From assembly GCF_001194135.2 (NCBI RefSeq), contig NC_068988.1, positions 4,047,249 through 4,111,248 on the forward strand: DNA of 64,000 nt. Reading direction: 5' to 3'. Positions 12,246 through 26,125 of the stretch are shown piece after piece. The position numbers and the translations under genes were made by a program. A model generated the notes under the pieces. It searched no databases, was not told the origin of the DNA, and saw only the letters and a program-made list of their open reading frames with translations. This stretch comes from Octopus bimaculoides. Taxonomy: Eukaryota. Each line of letters starts with the position of its first letter. Position 1 is the stretch's first letter.

Positions 12246-12835
12246 CAGATACACACAATATTAGACATTTAATCTTAGACTGGTTTCATATGAAAGCTCA
12301 TCAATACAATACAAAGATTGCAGAGAGTTGGTAGATCTTATTTTCTTGCCTTGGAAGGAATTTCTATGACCAACTCTGTTGGGGGTGTCAGGTCAAAACT
12401 CAGCAACAAGCAAAAGAATAAGGATAAAAAAATTGAAATTATACTCATTTATTCTACGTAAGAGTGCTCTACATATGTTGGGAGCATAACTTATTTCAAG
12501 TCATTTAGAAATATATTTCAGTAGAGCCATGCTGTAGCACAGATGTAGTATGCTTAACATTTCCCTGTATAATGTTCATAGACTTGTTCGTCAGTCATCA
12601 ACATTGTTTTACATCCACTACAAAACAAATGTAAATACATACAATTTATACACATCATTTTTAGAAATTTTGAAAATCTAAAATGCAGGAGGCTAGCTGT
12701 GAAAACAGTTTTAGAAAATTAGGTAAAACTACCCTTGTAGACAGAAAAGGTAAGGTGACCAGCAACTGCTATAGAGAAATGAACTCTGTACCTCTCAGTG
12801 TTGTGCATATGAGTACATGTACTTTTTTATTATTC

Positions 12836-12984
12836 TTAATCAGCAGAAGTTACACAATGAGTCAAGGTCCAAAAATTTCATAGATGGCACTTACCAGACT
12901 TGCAGTGATAGATTATCAAACCTTTGATAAGTACCATGTACAAAACTCTCAGTCCTTGAGTCACTTTGTAACTTCTGCTGATTA

Positions 12985-12986
<2 letters not shown>
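12836..12986. mobile_element. ~150-bp foldback element (MITE-like) bounded by TTAA
   Basis: ttaatcagcagaagttacacaatgagtcaagg..atggcacttacc pairs with gataagtaccat..ccttgagtcactttgtaacttctgctgattaa; arms about 60 bp. Confidence 0.75.
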
Positions 12987-13032
<46 letters not shown>

Positions 13033-13459
13033 TATGGATTGAATGTTTTAGCAAAGAGTCTCCACTCTTCCTGATTCATAGATAAATCCTTTGATGCAAA
13101 AAACTTCAATTCTATGAATTACACTTCAAATATTTCAAAATGTTCCTACTGCCTTTTATACATTCAAATTCTCTTGTTTCAAAGCACAGCCAATGAATTA
13201 ACAGCAATGAAGGTTCTTTGATAAAAACATGAAATCTCTAAAAGTACCAAAAAGGAAAAAAACAAACCAAAAATAAAACTTTGCTCTGCTGTTGTTTTAA
13301 GTAATGTAGACTCCACTTTGGAATTTGGGTCTCCTTGAGTTTTAATTTAGAAATTATTCTCCATATGTGTGTATGTGTGTGAGAGAGCAAGAGAGAGGAA
13401 GAAAGAGAGCATGTGTATGTGTGTGTATGGAGGACGTTGAGGTTGCATATGTATTTGTA

Positions 13460-13960
13460 TCATCATCGTCATCATCATCGTAATCGTCATCATCACTATT
13501 TTACCATCCACTTTTCTATGTTTGTTTGGGACAGATGGAATTCTTTAAGGCTGGATTCACTTCCTGTCACCAACTCTTACCAGTTTGGAAGAAAGGAAAT
13601 ATTTTCCAGAGACTGAATGTTTTCACAGAAGATCGGAAATGAACAACACCACTTTTGTGCCGGTGGCTTGTTTCAACTGCTATGTGACGACAAGATAAGA
13701 ACACACAGACAAACACACATATATATATATACACACTTATCTGTGCACAACAGGCTTCTTTCAGTTTTCCCTCTACCAAATCAACTCACATAGCCTTTAT
13801 TAAACCAAAGCTATAGAGAAGACACTAATGGCAGTGCCCCAGCATGGCCACAGCTCATGAGCTGAAACTAGATAAAATGAAAATGAATGCACCATGATTG
13901 AACCTGCAGCCTTGTAGTTGGGAACCAAACTTAGTAACCCCACAACCATGCCTGCAACTA
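13460..13960 (-). mobile_element. Composite SINE: family A tRNA head + internal microsatellite + RTE-like (TGA)n tail
   Basis: (CAT)n tail at 13460-13495, ttcctgtcaccaac body, (CA)(TA)n spacer, then ctaccaaat..gaagacact..gaacc head. A short opposite-strand SINE tail (13827-13890) is inserted in the head. Confidence 0.65.
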
Positions 13961-13974
13961 TGTATATATGTTTA

Positions 13975-15204
13975 TTAAACTAAGTATGTTTATTCCAAGC
14001 ACAAAGCTGCTCCAAATATGGATTCAGGCTTCCATTTCTTTTCAGATTTAACCCATTAGAAATAATGAAAGGAGACAAACTAAGTCTTGAACAAAGGAAA
14101 TTATTCCTAAAGTGTTTCTGGAAGTTTGAAAACACAAATTGCAAAGACAGTTTCGGAAAGAGTTTCAAACAGATTCGTAGACATGACTTACCATTATTCG
14201 AATTAGAGATAAATTTGAAGTTGATGGAACTCTTCAGAATGTCCATAAGAAGTGTTCTGAATGACAGTGGAGAATGACAAGCACCACAAAGCACTAACAA
14301 CTTATTGCCAGAGTACAAGAAATAGTATGCAACAAGCAAGTTGTGAGAGAGGAATTCTAAAATCAAGCATCCATCTCATTTTGCTATATTAGAAAGTTAC
14401 ATTCCAAGAACAGTATATGCCCTCAATGAAGAGGATTTGGACTTAAGAGTGGAGTTTTGAGAGTAGCACTTGGCATGGTGCATAGAAGATGCCTATTTTC
14501 CAACAAAGAATGTGTGAAGTGAGGAGGCTACATTTAAATGAAATGACTCAATTAAACACCACAGATGCACCTACTGGAAACATAAGAATCTGCATATTAT
14601 GAAGGAATATCATGTTAATTTAGCAGGGGTTGCAGTATTGGGTGGCTTATCAGCAAAAGGATTAAATGGACCATTCTTTATTGATAGTTTCATCTACTTG
14701 AACATTTTGTGACAATCTGTTGTGGCAAGTATTTAAGAGGTGTTTCAAGATGTGGAGTTTTATTTGCAGCAAAATGGAACTCACCACCACTCATAATAAT
14801 GTAAGGGTCTATCTTGATGAAATATTGCCTAACAGCTGGACAGGACAGAAATGTTCTATAGAATACCATCAATATTCCTTAGAACATACACATCACAAGA
14901 ATTTTTTGTGAGGATAAATAAAATGTAGATTTTATGATTCAAAACTAGCAACAGTCAATGAATTGAAGGCAGCCATTGAACAGGAATCTGCCCAAATTCT
15001 GCATGAAATGTTTCCTGATGGTTGCAATTCCACTGCTTATTGCAGTATCTCAACCAGAACGATCATCAGCTTGAAAACAAGTAGTCACAAAAAATTTAAT
15101 TCTGTTTCTAGATTATATTAAATTTTGAAAATGAAATTTATTTTTATAGGCACTGCCTTTATAATTATTCAATATGGACATTCACTTTATGAGACATCCT
15201 ATGT
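13975..15204 (+). mobile_element. Tc1/mariner-superfamily transposon relic (maT-like, N-terminal HTH + DDD domain), pseudogenised
   Basis: ATG 14065 MKGDKLSLEQRKLF..QRQFRKEF..TIIRIRDKFEVDGT; later ALNEEDLDLRVEF..SEEATFK..GPFF..QQNG..VRVYLDEILPNSWTG. Right TIR-like cactttatgagacatcc near 15183-15199. Many stops; left TIR not found. Confidence 0.85.
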
Positions 15205-15467
15205 ATCCGAATTTTTATTACATGACTCAAATTTCACATCACTGTGATCTTCAGGCAATATCAGAGAGGTGAGAAATTGAGTTACAGGAAAAATTTCAGT
15301 TTCAATAAACTGTTTCCTCTATAACGTGTATTGAGTATTCGTCTTTCATTTGTTTGAAATAATTCAACATATCTGTCTTGACATATACACACAAATATCA
15401 TCCCCTTTTTAATGATCATATAATGAAACACCCAGTACAAATACACAAACACACACATACACATATA

Positions 15468-16495
15468 TTACATGCCAGGGGGAGAAACTAGAAGTAGTTG
15501 ATAGCTTCCACTACCTAGTCTGTAGTGTGGGGAGGGATGCTCTGAAAGTCTTGCCACTAGAATAAGAATAGCCTGGGCAAAGTTCAGAGACTTCCTACCT
15601 TTACTGGTGACAAAGGGCCTCTTGCTCAGAGTGAAAGGTAGATTTATGATGCATGTATGCAAACTGCCATGCTGCACAGCAGTGAAACATGGGCCGTGAC
15701 TACTGAAGACATGCATAGGCTCGAAAGAAATGAAGCTAGCATGATCTGCTGGATGTGTAATGTCAGTGTGCACACACGACAGAGTGTAAGCGCCCTGAGA
15801 AAAATGTTGAACATAAGAAGCATCAGATGTGGTGTGCAAAAGAGACGCCTGCATTGGTATGGTCATGTGCTATGTATGGATGAGGAGAGCTGTGTGAAGA
15901 AGTGTCAGTCCCTAACAGTGGAAGGAACCCATGGAAGAGGGAGACCCAGGTAGACATGGGATGAGGTGTTGAAGCATGACCTTCAAACGTTGGGCTTCAC
16001 AGAGGCAATGATGAAAGACCAAAACCTCTGGACATATGCTATGATTGAGAAGACCCAGCAAGTAAAGTGACATCACAGCTGTAGCGTACTCCAGTGTTGC
16101 ATAACCAGCCCATTTAATAAGTAATTTTGAATCGTCAAGTGACATTCCGTGCTTGAGGGGACCTATTGATTCAAATAAATCAAAATCAAAATCACATCAA
16201 ATCAAATGGACATTGCAGTTGTGGCCATTACCAGTGCTGGTGGCATGTGAAAAGCACCATTCATTCATGCATGGGTCGCTGCCAGAGCTACTTGACTGGG
16301 TCCCTGTGCTGATGGAACATAAAAAAGCACCCACTACACTCTCGGAGTGGTTGGTGTTAGGAAGGGCATCCAGTTGTAAAAACATTGCCAGATCAGACTG
16401 AAGCCTGGTGCAACCTCCTCACTTGCCAGTCTCTAGTCAAACCGTCCAAACCATGCCAGCATGGAAAACGGACGTTAAACAATGATGATGATGAT
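15468..16495 (+). mobile_element. RTE-clade LINE, 5'-truncated 3' portion (RT thumb/C-terminus, 3' UTR, (TGA)n tail)
   Basis: ITCQGEKLEVVDSFHYL..RIRIAWAKFR..MLHSSETWA..RRLHWYGHV..GRGRPR; tail ccatgccagcatggaaaacggacgttaaacaatgatgatgatga. Confidence 0.92.
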
Positions 16496-16624
16496 AACAT
16501 TTACATGCACACACATATATTTATGCATATAAATGGTGATCAACACATGTAGGCATGTGGTTTATGGCCATAAACCTTCTCCACTTCCTCCACTACTAGG
16601 GTAGCCAAGTCCCTTTTGGTAATC

Positions 16625-16840
16625 CTATGGGTGCTGATGCCATGTAAAAACACCCATGCCAGCACCATGTAAAACGCACCCAGTACACTCTGTAAAGTGG
16701 TTGGAATTAAGAAGAGCATCCAGCTGTAGAAATCATGCCACAACAGACAATTTGGGTCCTGGTGCAGCCCACCCGCTTTCCACCTCCAGCCAAGCCGTCG
16801 GACCCATGGAAAACAGACGTCAAATGATGATGATGATGGC
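16625..16840 (+). mobile_element. RTE 3' UTR/tail fragment
   Basis: gcacccagtacactctgtaaagtggttggaattaagaagagcatccagctgtagaaa..ggaaaacagacgtcaaatgatgatg, similar to 16320-16495. Confidence 0.8.
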
Positions 16841-17232
16841 AGATTGTACACTACAGATACCCACATCTCTCCATCAATTCACTTAGATACATCTATACAT
16901 ACACCTCTTCATTTACACAAATATTTCTCTTTCTCATGGTCTCTCATCTTACCCACATCTATATATGCATTTATGATGGTAGTTTATACATAACATAATT
17001 CCATACTGACACTTCAGGTTTTATTGTAATAGACTCATATCTTTTATCTTGTCTCTGCTATGTGCACACATACAATATATATATGGAACAGTCAAACATT
17101 AATGCAAGGATCACTCAATACATTTAACTAGAATATCACATTATCTTATTTTACAAGGCAGAGCTGGAAGTGACTTCGAAGTTTTAGCTCAGTTTCCTTT
17201 GACAATCTGACTTTGAAGTCACTGTCAACATT

Positions 17233-17282
17233 ATGTGTGTGTGTGTGTGTTTACATATAGATGTATGTATATATATATATAG

Positions 17283-17346
<64 letters not shown>

Positions 17347-17560
17347 ATGTATATATGTATATATATATATATATATTATATATACATGTATATGTATATA
17401 TATATATATATATGTAATATATACACACACACATATATACACATATATATACATATACATACATATATGTGTGTATATGTGTATACAAATATATATATAT
17501 GCAAGCATTATGTATATATATATATATGCGAGTGCGTGTGTATGTGTTTATCAAGTGTGC
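17233..17560. repeat. Long (TA)n/(TG)n compound microsatellite
   Basis: Visible; explains the IYIY ORFs. Confidence 0.98.
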
Positions 17561-17989
17561 ATCAATAGATATATCTGCATGTTTGCGTGAGTGTTCATTT
17601 TGCTTTTGTAAATCACTATACATAAACACACATTCATAATGATTCAGCAAACAAGCACATGTACACACCGACACATCATACACATACACACACACTCACA
17701 CCTATGCAGACACACACATCTACATTGGGTAATATGCAAGTTTTTTTGTTGAGGCTGGGGCACTGTTGAAGTAGCTGTTATGAAAATATAAAATGATCAC
17801 AAAAGGGACACCTAAAATTGAAAAGCTAAACTTGGGTTATATCAAATAAATAGCATTTAGAATCAATATTAACTGAGAATCGAAGTGGATATATTAAAGC
17901 AGTATCAAAGGCCTTGGGCATTTCAATATACCTTTTGATTGGTAGAATTTCTTTCAGAATGGCCTGTTTTGGTTCTTTTTTAAAATTTT

Positions 17990-18008
17990 ATTATCATTAT
18001 TATTATTA

Positions 18009-18060
<52 letters not shown>

Positions 18061-18174
18061 CATTATTATACTTGTTTACTTCGTTTTTTTTTTATTTTAT
18101 TGTATTAATATTTTCCATATTATATTTGTTAATTTCAACCTTACAAAATTTGATCAAGTGCTATATATATATAC

Positions 18175-18217
<43 letters not shown>

Positions 18218-18537
18218 CACACTCACACATGCACATAGGTGCATACACACATACATGTGTATGTGTGTATGTAGGCACATGTACACATACACATGTGTTT
18301 GTGTGATTGTGTACATGAATGTAAAACATATATGCCTATATACATATCCACATACATACACACATACATACATACATACATACATATACACATATATACG
18401 TGCACACACATCTATAAATATATATACACATAAACATTATATGCAATATATTTGTACATCCATAGTATTCTCTACACAGACTCATGACTCACTAGATTCG
18501 CTCAGACACATTTTAACATGCCTATCTTACCACATTC

Positions 18538-18581
<44 letters not shown>

Positions 18582-18700
18582 AATGCATATATATATATAT
18601 ATACAAATGCATATATATATATATATATTTATGTATATAAATGTGTATATATATTTCTGAGCATCATGTGTGTGTGTGTGTAGTATAAATACATTGTATA
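17990..18700. repeat. (TAT)n, (CA)n, (CATA)n and (TA)n microsatellite cluster
   Basis: Visible; explains ORF 18072-18683 and neighbours. Confidence 0.95.
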
Positions 18701-19494
18701 TATATTTTGTTATTTCTTTGTTGTTATAGTTTTTATTATTCAGTTTATTATATTTCATAGAAAATTTGTCTTTTTCTATTCAGAGCAGATTTCCTTGTAT
18801 ATTAAATTCATTAAAGGTTTATGGATATTTTAAGATGCCTGCTGATATGACAAGCAATTAATGACAACGATAGGGTTAAGTTGAATTTCAAGTCTTACAT
18901 AGAATGTGTTGGGAATGGTTCCGACTTCTCTCTTACAGCGATGTTTATCTCATTTCATCAGATATTTGCTGGAAATATTTACGATATCTTTTTTTAACTC
19001 TTTACTCATCAGGAATCTGTTGAACAATTTCCTTCTTGTTTTCCATCATTATTGTTTTGTTTGTCGTTAGATAATTTCATCGTTGTACTTACTACCAATG
19101 CAATCAGAAGGAGTTCAAGTGCTTAGATTAATTGGTGAAATAACCTTTGTTATAATTTCCAGATAATTACTGTTGAAAGCTTACTTTGTGAATGGTTCAG
19201 TTATCTCTAGTTTTGTTGCAAGCATAAACATTGCTCCACACAAATTCATTGTGAATAACGATATTGATTTTCCTAACTAGATTAAAATACCTGCTATTGC
19301 AAGCAAGTGGTGAAGTCAAATAAAATGATCCATAGTGTATTACAGGTAATTATTTCATAAAATTATTTCCTAAATAAAGCAAGGTAAAAACCTTTTCTAA
19401 GATTCATACTGAGAATATAGAAACAAAACTCAATAGCATGGTGCCATTTAGAGCTGGGCTCTACTATTTATATCATTTCATTGCTCACACACTG

Positions 19495-19810
19495 TCATCA
19501 TCATCATTATTGCTTTCATGTTCACTTTTCCATGTTTGGATGTTGAACAGAGTTTATAGAAGCTGGTTTTCTATAGCTGGATGTTCTTCACGTCATCAAC
19601 CCTTATCCTTTTGCAAGCAATGTAATATCTCCTCTTAGCCAGACATTTTTCACAAAATGCTGGAACTGAATGACATTCATTTACAACAATCAAGTGATTT
19701 CAAGCCAAGGAGAAACAAACACTCACACACACACACACACACAGCCATATATATATGACAGACTTCTTTCAGTTTGTCTACCAAATCCTCTCCACTCCAC
19801 TCAAATATTG
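19495..19810 (-). mobile_element. Composite SINE (A-head fragment + microsatellite + RTE-like tail), degenerate
   Basis: Same layout as 13460-13960 and 53405-54110. Confidence 0.55.
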
Positions 19811-20809
19811 GGGTTGATGGTAGCAGCTAATTTCTCCACTCAAATTTCAGGCCTTGCACAGATAATGGAAACAAAAGAAATCAAAAATTTACAGCATTGT
19901 ATATCTTTTTATAAAATAATTCAATGGTGCAATAACATGATTTGTACCTTTATGATAGTGGAGTAAAAATGTGGAACTTTGACCGAAAATGTTTTAATTT
20001 TGTATCCTTCAGTTTGCTTGGCTGACAATAATTCCTTTTAAAATAACCACTTGACTCTCCGTACTGTAGCAACAGACCACCTGTATACCTCTACCTTGCC
20101 TTTCCATCTGCTAGAAATAATAGCCAAATCTCCCACACATTACTCCTTACTGTCTTCTAAAAGGAGGTTCCTAAGTTCCCTGCAAATGAGAAAGTCAAGA
20201 CTGGAATGGTTTTGATTCCATGTATAGACATTAAGGAACAGCCTGAGGCTGAACAACATTTCTCAGCAATCTTTAAAATGTAGATTTCTTAACTGAAGGA
20301 CATCTTAACCAGAATAAAGATAGAGTAGCCATGGCTTAAAATTGTCGGATCGACTGCTTAATTTCGTCATCTTGTCAGCAGTAAGAATTTGCTGTGGTGA
20401 ATCTGATGGGGCATAACACTCTAATCAATAGCAAGTAATGCTGGTGAACCAGTGACGAGATACAAGTATTCTAACAAATTTGTTTACCATCGAAATAATT
20501 TGATGATTAACTTTTCAGGAGGAAAGGGAAATATGAAAATTTAATAATGCAATATCAACAGCAAGCAGGAGAGGAAGCAACTATATATGTGTGAAGGGGG
20601 TGGAGGGGGTGCCGGCGTGGTTCCTATCAACTATTTCTTCCAAATTATGTTACTCCTTCAGAATGTCCTGAGGAAAAATATAATGAACAGCTTAGAAGTA
20701 TCACATACAATTTGTTTGTCCAGAATAGGTAAACTGATTGGAAGGGATCAGAATGTCAATATTTTTGTAGCTGATAGGCAAATGCACTCTTGCTGCATAT
20801 GAGAAACAT

Positions 20810-21110
20810 ATTACAAATTCAATATTTTTCCAATATTTATCAAATCTAATCTTGAATAGAATGGTTGTCTTTGACTTGACAACATCATTTAGTAATTGAT
20901 TGCTGTTTGTATGGATCCAGCCTGAGAAGAGTTCTAACCTCGTTAGCTGATTGTATTGCATCCCTAATAATCACTGGACTTTCATTAATGATTGATGGAA
21001 TTCTAAGATATCATCTTTCTTCAAGATGACATTGCTGGTTATATTCTTATAGACATATTGTCTGTCTGAAGAAGGTTTTCAGACATGCTTAAAAACATTA
21101 AATACTCAAC
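20810..21110 (-). mobile_element. CR1/L2-type LINE 3' end (decayed)
   Basis: Minus strand VYKNITSNVILKKDDILEF..LELFS..LLNDVVKSKTTILFKIRFDKYWK matches the CR1 C-terminal LPxxVVxxxxxxxFKxRLDxxW motif. Confidence 0.7.
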
Positions 21111-21499
21111 AAAGTTTTCTTAAGAATAGAATCAAACATGGATATCATGTTTGCTTAATACCTTTCATAATAGAGCTGAAGTGAATCATTGAATTATTTA
21201 CTAAAGCGATTCAAATATATTCAATACGTTTTTATCTTACAAAGACAACGGTGCCATGGGGAAGTTTCAACATATGGTTCACAGGTTTTTTTAAAGCTAA
21301 AGTAAAAACAGGAACTGCTTCAGCTTAGAACTAAGAGCAAAGGTAGACTTCACGTTTGTATTTTAAGTTAACAAGTATATCATCATTGTTCTTAACACTT
21401 CTTTATGTGTCAAGAGATTTATGCAAGTTTTGGGCTTTTAATGTTTAAATTAATAAATGGACATAGTGTTTGCACACAGTTTATCTTCATAAATATGTG

Positions 21500-21810
21500 T
21501 ATCGTCCAACCCATGCCAGCATGGAAAACGGACATTAAAAGATGATGATGATGATGATGATGATGTGTATTTGCTGAATATAGTTGCTGCAAAATGATTT
21601 CAAATTTTGGCACAAGGCCAGCAATTTTGGGGCAGTGGGTAAGTCAATTACATTGACCCAGTACACAACTGGTACTTATTTTATTGTCCTTGAAAAGATC
21701 AAAAGTAAAGTTGACCTCAGCAGAATTTGAACTCAGAACATAAAGGCAGACAAAACACCAATAAATATTTTGCCCAGTGTGCTAACAGTTCTGCCAGCTC
21801 ACCACCTTTA
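21500..21810. mobile_element. RTE tail fragment (+, 21500-21565) followed by SINE family B (-, 21590-21810)
   Basis: ccatgccagcatggaaaacggacattaaaagatgatgatg; then ttttggcacaaggccagc..gacctcagcagaatttgaactc..ttctgccagctcaccacc. Confidence 0.8.
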
Positions 21811-21863
21811 TAGTTGCTGTATAGGGATACAGGCTTGTGTTTATATTAGTAAGCGACTCTGTG

Positions 21864-21919
<56 letters not shown>

Positions 21920-24785
21920 ATGTTCAGAATATGTAGAAGAGGATATGTATGCATACATGTATGCATGTATACATACATGCATACATACATACATACATAC
22001 ACTCTAAAGAAAGTATCATATGAGGAATCTTGTCTATTTTATTGTTGTCGATTCTTTTTTATTTTTATTTTTTTCAATATAAACTTCTTCAAAATAATCT
22101 CCAAACTATTTAATTTTACCTGTCTTCTATTCTAGACTTCCAGTTAATCAATAAAAACAAAATAAAAAAAGAAAGAAAAAAATCCTTTTAGTAGTTTCTC
22201 AATCAGAGAACAGAAAGTATTTCCTTCCCAGTAGGAGATGATGACTGCTTGGGTTGTATTGAATGCTATTAGGCAATTTCAACCAAGCACAAAAGTAATT
22301 ATTTTGTTGTGATTTACTTTCAAATATCATTTGCCCTACATCCACCAAGAGGATTTTCTTTTCTTTGTACTAATATAGAGAAGTGAAATATGTCTTCAAG
22401 TGGTTTCTTGTTTTATAAATTAATCACATGTCCAAACAGCAGTATAGCTTGTTGATAACAACACTTGTTATTAATCTTTGATACAATAAACGCATTGACT
22501 GCTTCAACAATAAGAAGTACTCTCACTAACATGACAATATGGTAGTTGTTATTTTGATACTGTTGCTTTTTAGTTGTACCTAATCTCAGTAATATTGATG
22601 ATAAGGTTAATTAACTCCACCAGCATTGTTTTGTAATCACAGCTACCTGATCGCAAATGTGTAATTAACCAAATTTTGGATGGAGTCGTGATATTTCGAC
22701 ATTTTTTTTTTTTTTACAGGTTCATACCAAAGTAAGTAAAGTGAAATATGAACTGAAGATATGCCACAGTTTTGCTAACCATCTGTTCTATGGTGTTTTT
22801 ATGACTGAGCTGGAGTTTAACAAACAAATGTTGTATATCTTCAACTGAATATGGCTGCAGACAGAAGACACACTGTGCTGGAACTTGACCTCATAGCTTG
22901 TTGCCAATCCTACCACTAAAACTTCCAAATAATTAACTTCACTTTACTTTATAAACATATGTTCATGCCAAACCTGGTTATTTTATCTCGGCTCCTGCTG
23001 ATTCATTCTTGCTTACAACTGTGACATTTGGAGTCTGTTTTACTGATGCTGTTTTTATGAGAAGTTGACTGTTCCCCCAGTTTATGCCATTGCTGTTCTT
23101 TAATTACATAAACAGATTGTGGGGATTATAATTTTTCTTATTTAAATGACAACTATATACATTTACATTTTACGATCCATATATAAAATAATTAATCACT
23201 CAATTAATTGATATTTGAGATATGATTGATCAAGCATATATTTGCATATTTTAACTAAACACATTATTGTTTCTTTCTGCCAGTATTTTCTCTATTTATT
23301 TTGTCACTTTGTTGAAACCATCATTATCAACATTCAACATAATCCTAATTTTAACATCTGCATCTTCATGTTAACATGGCTTGTACAAGGTCATAAACTT
23401 CCATATATTATCATTGGGAAAATAATTTGATCTGATCTTCTGTATATTCAGTTTGACTGTTATTTCACAACTGGACACTTTGCTGTTGCCAACTGCTAAC
23501 AGACAAGGTGTATTTGATATGGTACTGCAAGTAGAAAGGTTACTTTGAGATATTCCAAACCAATTTATTTTGGAGTAGCTGTTCCACTCACTCTGTGGTG
23601 CCTTCATTATGGTTACCAAAAACTACATTTCTTGTGGCTGTAGATGTTGGACAGTGCAGAAATAAGTAGTGACTAGTTGCTTAGATTGCAGTTCTTTAGA
23701 ATGAAGAGTTAACTTAGAATCCATTTAATATCCATGTTATCTGTGAATGTATATGGTATCACATTTGACAGGAAGATGGTAACTGAAATGCAAATAATAC
23801 TCGAGTGAAGTAAAAGGAAATTTTTAAAACTGTAGCTTCATCTCACACTCTAACACTGATATTTTGACAAGATTAGTTTGGTATTTTCTTATATATCTTT
23901 GATTTTTGTCTATGCTGCATACAAGTAAAAGAAAAATATATACAAGAAAACAGTATAGAACAAAAAAAAAAATAGAACTGAAGTTAAACACCCTCATTTA
24001 ATCTCTCCAAACACAATCACACTCATACATACACATATCTGCAAGCATTTACACACATGGTTTTACATACACACACACACAGAGCCTCTCTTTCTCTCTC
24101 TCACACACACACACACACACAAACAAAGGTGATCGCGATTCTTATCACTTGGAAATGTTGTTGAATAACAATGTTATTTACAAGTGTTGTTTGAAGAAAT
24201 CTTTTTATCAACAGCCACGCTTCCTCATCAGTTGCTTCACCAACAACCTATCAATGCACAGCAATCTTACAAATTTCCGACAGACATTTTCTTCTTTTAG
24301 ATTTCTATCAATTCTTTATTTTTTTTTTATATATTTTTTGCTTTCATTTGAAGAAATTTTTGTTGTGGTTTTGTGCTGTTGTTTTGTTTTTATGTAAAAT
24401 TTTTGTGGTGATAGTTGTTGATTTCTCATTATTACTATTAAATTACCACAAATTTTGGCATCAGCATTGGTGTTATCATTACAATTATTATTATTAGTAG
24501 TAGTAGTAGTAATACTACTACTACTACTACTACTACTACTACAGTGGTGAATTCAACAAAGTACCTCATGGTATTTGTTGAATTTTCTTACGTTCTAAGT
24601 ACAACTCCCACTTCATACAATTACTAACTACTACTACTATAAGTATTAATGTTATTGCTACTGCTGCTGCTGTTGCTTCTACTACTCTTGGCTAATTGTC
24701 CAGTACACAACTAGTTTCCTCATCATTATACACTCACATTATATACTTGGGAGGATTAGAAAGAAAGGAAAGAGAGAAAGAGAGA

Positions 24786-24823
<38 letters not shown>

Positions 24824-24894
24824 ACAGTGAGACGAATCTACACTATTTCCTATGACATTTAAATATTGATTTCTGAGATTAGGCAAAGGGCAAG

Positions 24895-25290
24895 AAAAAC
24901 TGGTTTCAAATTTTGGCACAAGGCCAGCAATTTCAAAAGGGGCAGCTAGTGGATTACATTAACCCAAGTAGTCAACTGTTACCTGTCTTATCAACCTTGA
25001 AAGGGTGAAAGGTAAAGTCAACCTCAGCAGAATTTGAACTCAGAATGTAAAGACAGATGAAATGCTTTGCAGCATTTTGGCCGACATGGTAATGATTCAG
25101 CCAGCTGACCACCATAAAAGGCACAAAATATTACAGGGAGGATTTTGTTGATTATTTCAGATCCCCAATGTATAACAGGCAATTATTTTATCACTGAGAG
25201 AAAGAAGAAGGAGAAAGTTTACTCCAGTGGGATTTGAACTCAGAGCATAAATGAATGCAGGTAAATACTATAAGGTATTTTTGTCCCTTG
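24895..25290 (-). mobile_element. Two SINE family B copies (second degenerate)
   Basis: Shared family B motifs at 24895-25110 and 25140-25290. Confidence 0.7.
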
Positions 25291-25539
25291 TTCTGTTGAC
25301 TGTCATCGATGTAAACTCAATCACCGCCAGATATCAATAGCAACAGACTCAGAGAGCAACGTATTAAAGCTTATATGTTTAGGTCTGGAATGGTTAAAAC
25401 AAACAAACTCTTGCTTGACGTTAGAAGATAACTAAAAGCATTGACAACAGGAGAAGAAGAAAAAAAAGACAACCAACTACAGAACCCAGGCCTAAATAAA
25501 AATCATCAGAACCATTCAGGTGGATATAAAACACATAAT

Positions 25540-25740
25540 GATGATGGTGATGGTGATGGTGGTGGTGACGATGATGATGATGATGTGATGGTGATGAGAG
25601 TTGGTGGTAGTGATGCTGGTGGTGATGGCAGTAGTGGTGGTAGGGATGATGATCATCATCATCATGATCAGGATATGGGATGGTGGGGTAGTGATAGTGA
25701 TTATGATGGTGATGGTGATGGTGCTGGTGGTGATGAGGTG
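25540..25740. repeat. (GAT/GGT)n degenerate trinucleotide repeat
   Basis: Visible; explains the Asp/Gly-rich ORF 25441-25827. Confidence 0.92.
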
Positions 25741-26092
25741 AAAGAGGATATCAAAGCTAAGATGTTATTTTCATCCCAGACTGCAGTATATCTTTCAATG
25801 TACAGGTTGTTATCATCGTATATGTAAAAGATCAACGAGTGTACAGATTTATACAAGCTTAAATATGATTGAGCATACAAAGATATTTCTGTTATTTTCC
25901 TGACATTTTCCTTTAGTTTAATAAGTTAAATTTGAAACACTAACGTTCTCATTCCAGTTTATTTTCAAAATTAAAATTGAATTTCTTTTTGTTGATTTTC
26001 CAAGAAACATATCGATTTGATTTCTAAACCAATTTTATCAATACAAATCAGCTAGGATATTGATATAGTGTCACAGTAACTTNNNNNNNNNN

Positions 26093-26125
<33 letters not shown>

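Noticed and set aside
18860-19330. Possible Penelope RT or GIY-YIG coding relic on minus strand
   Set aside because: Only vague motif resemblance (IHKVSF, IQLNPIVVIN); needs a profile-HMM search before it can be called.
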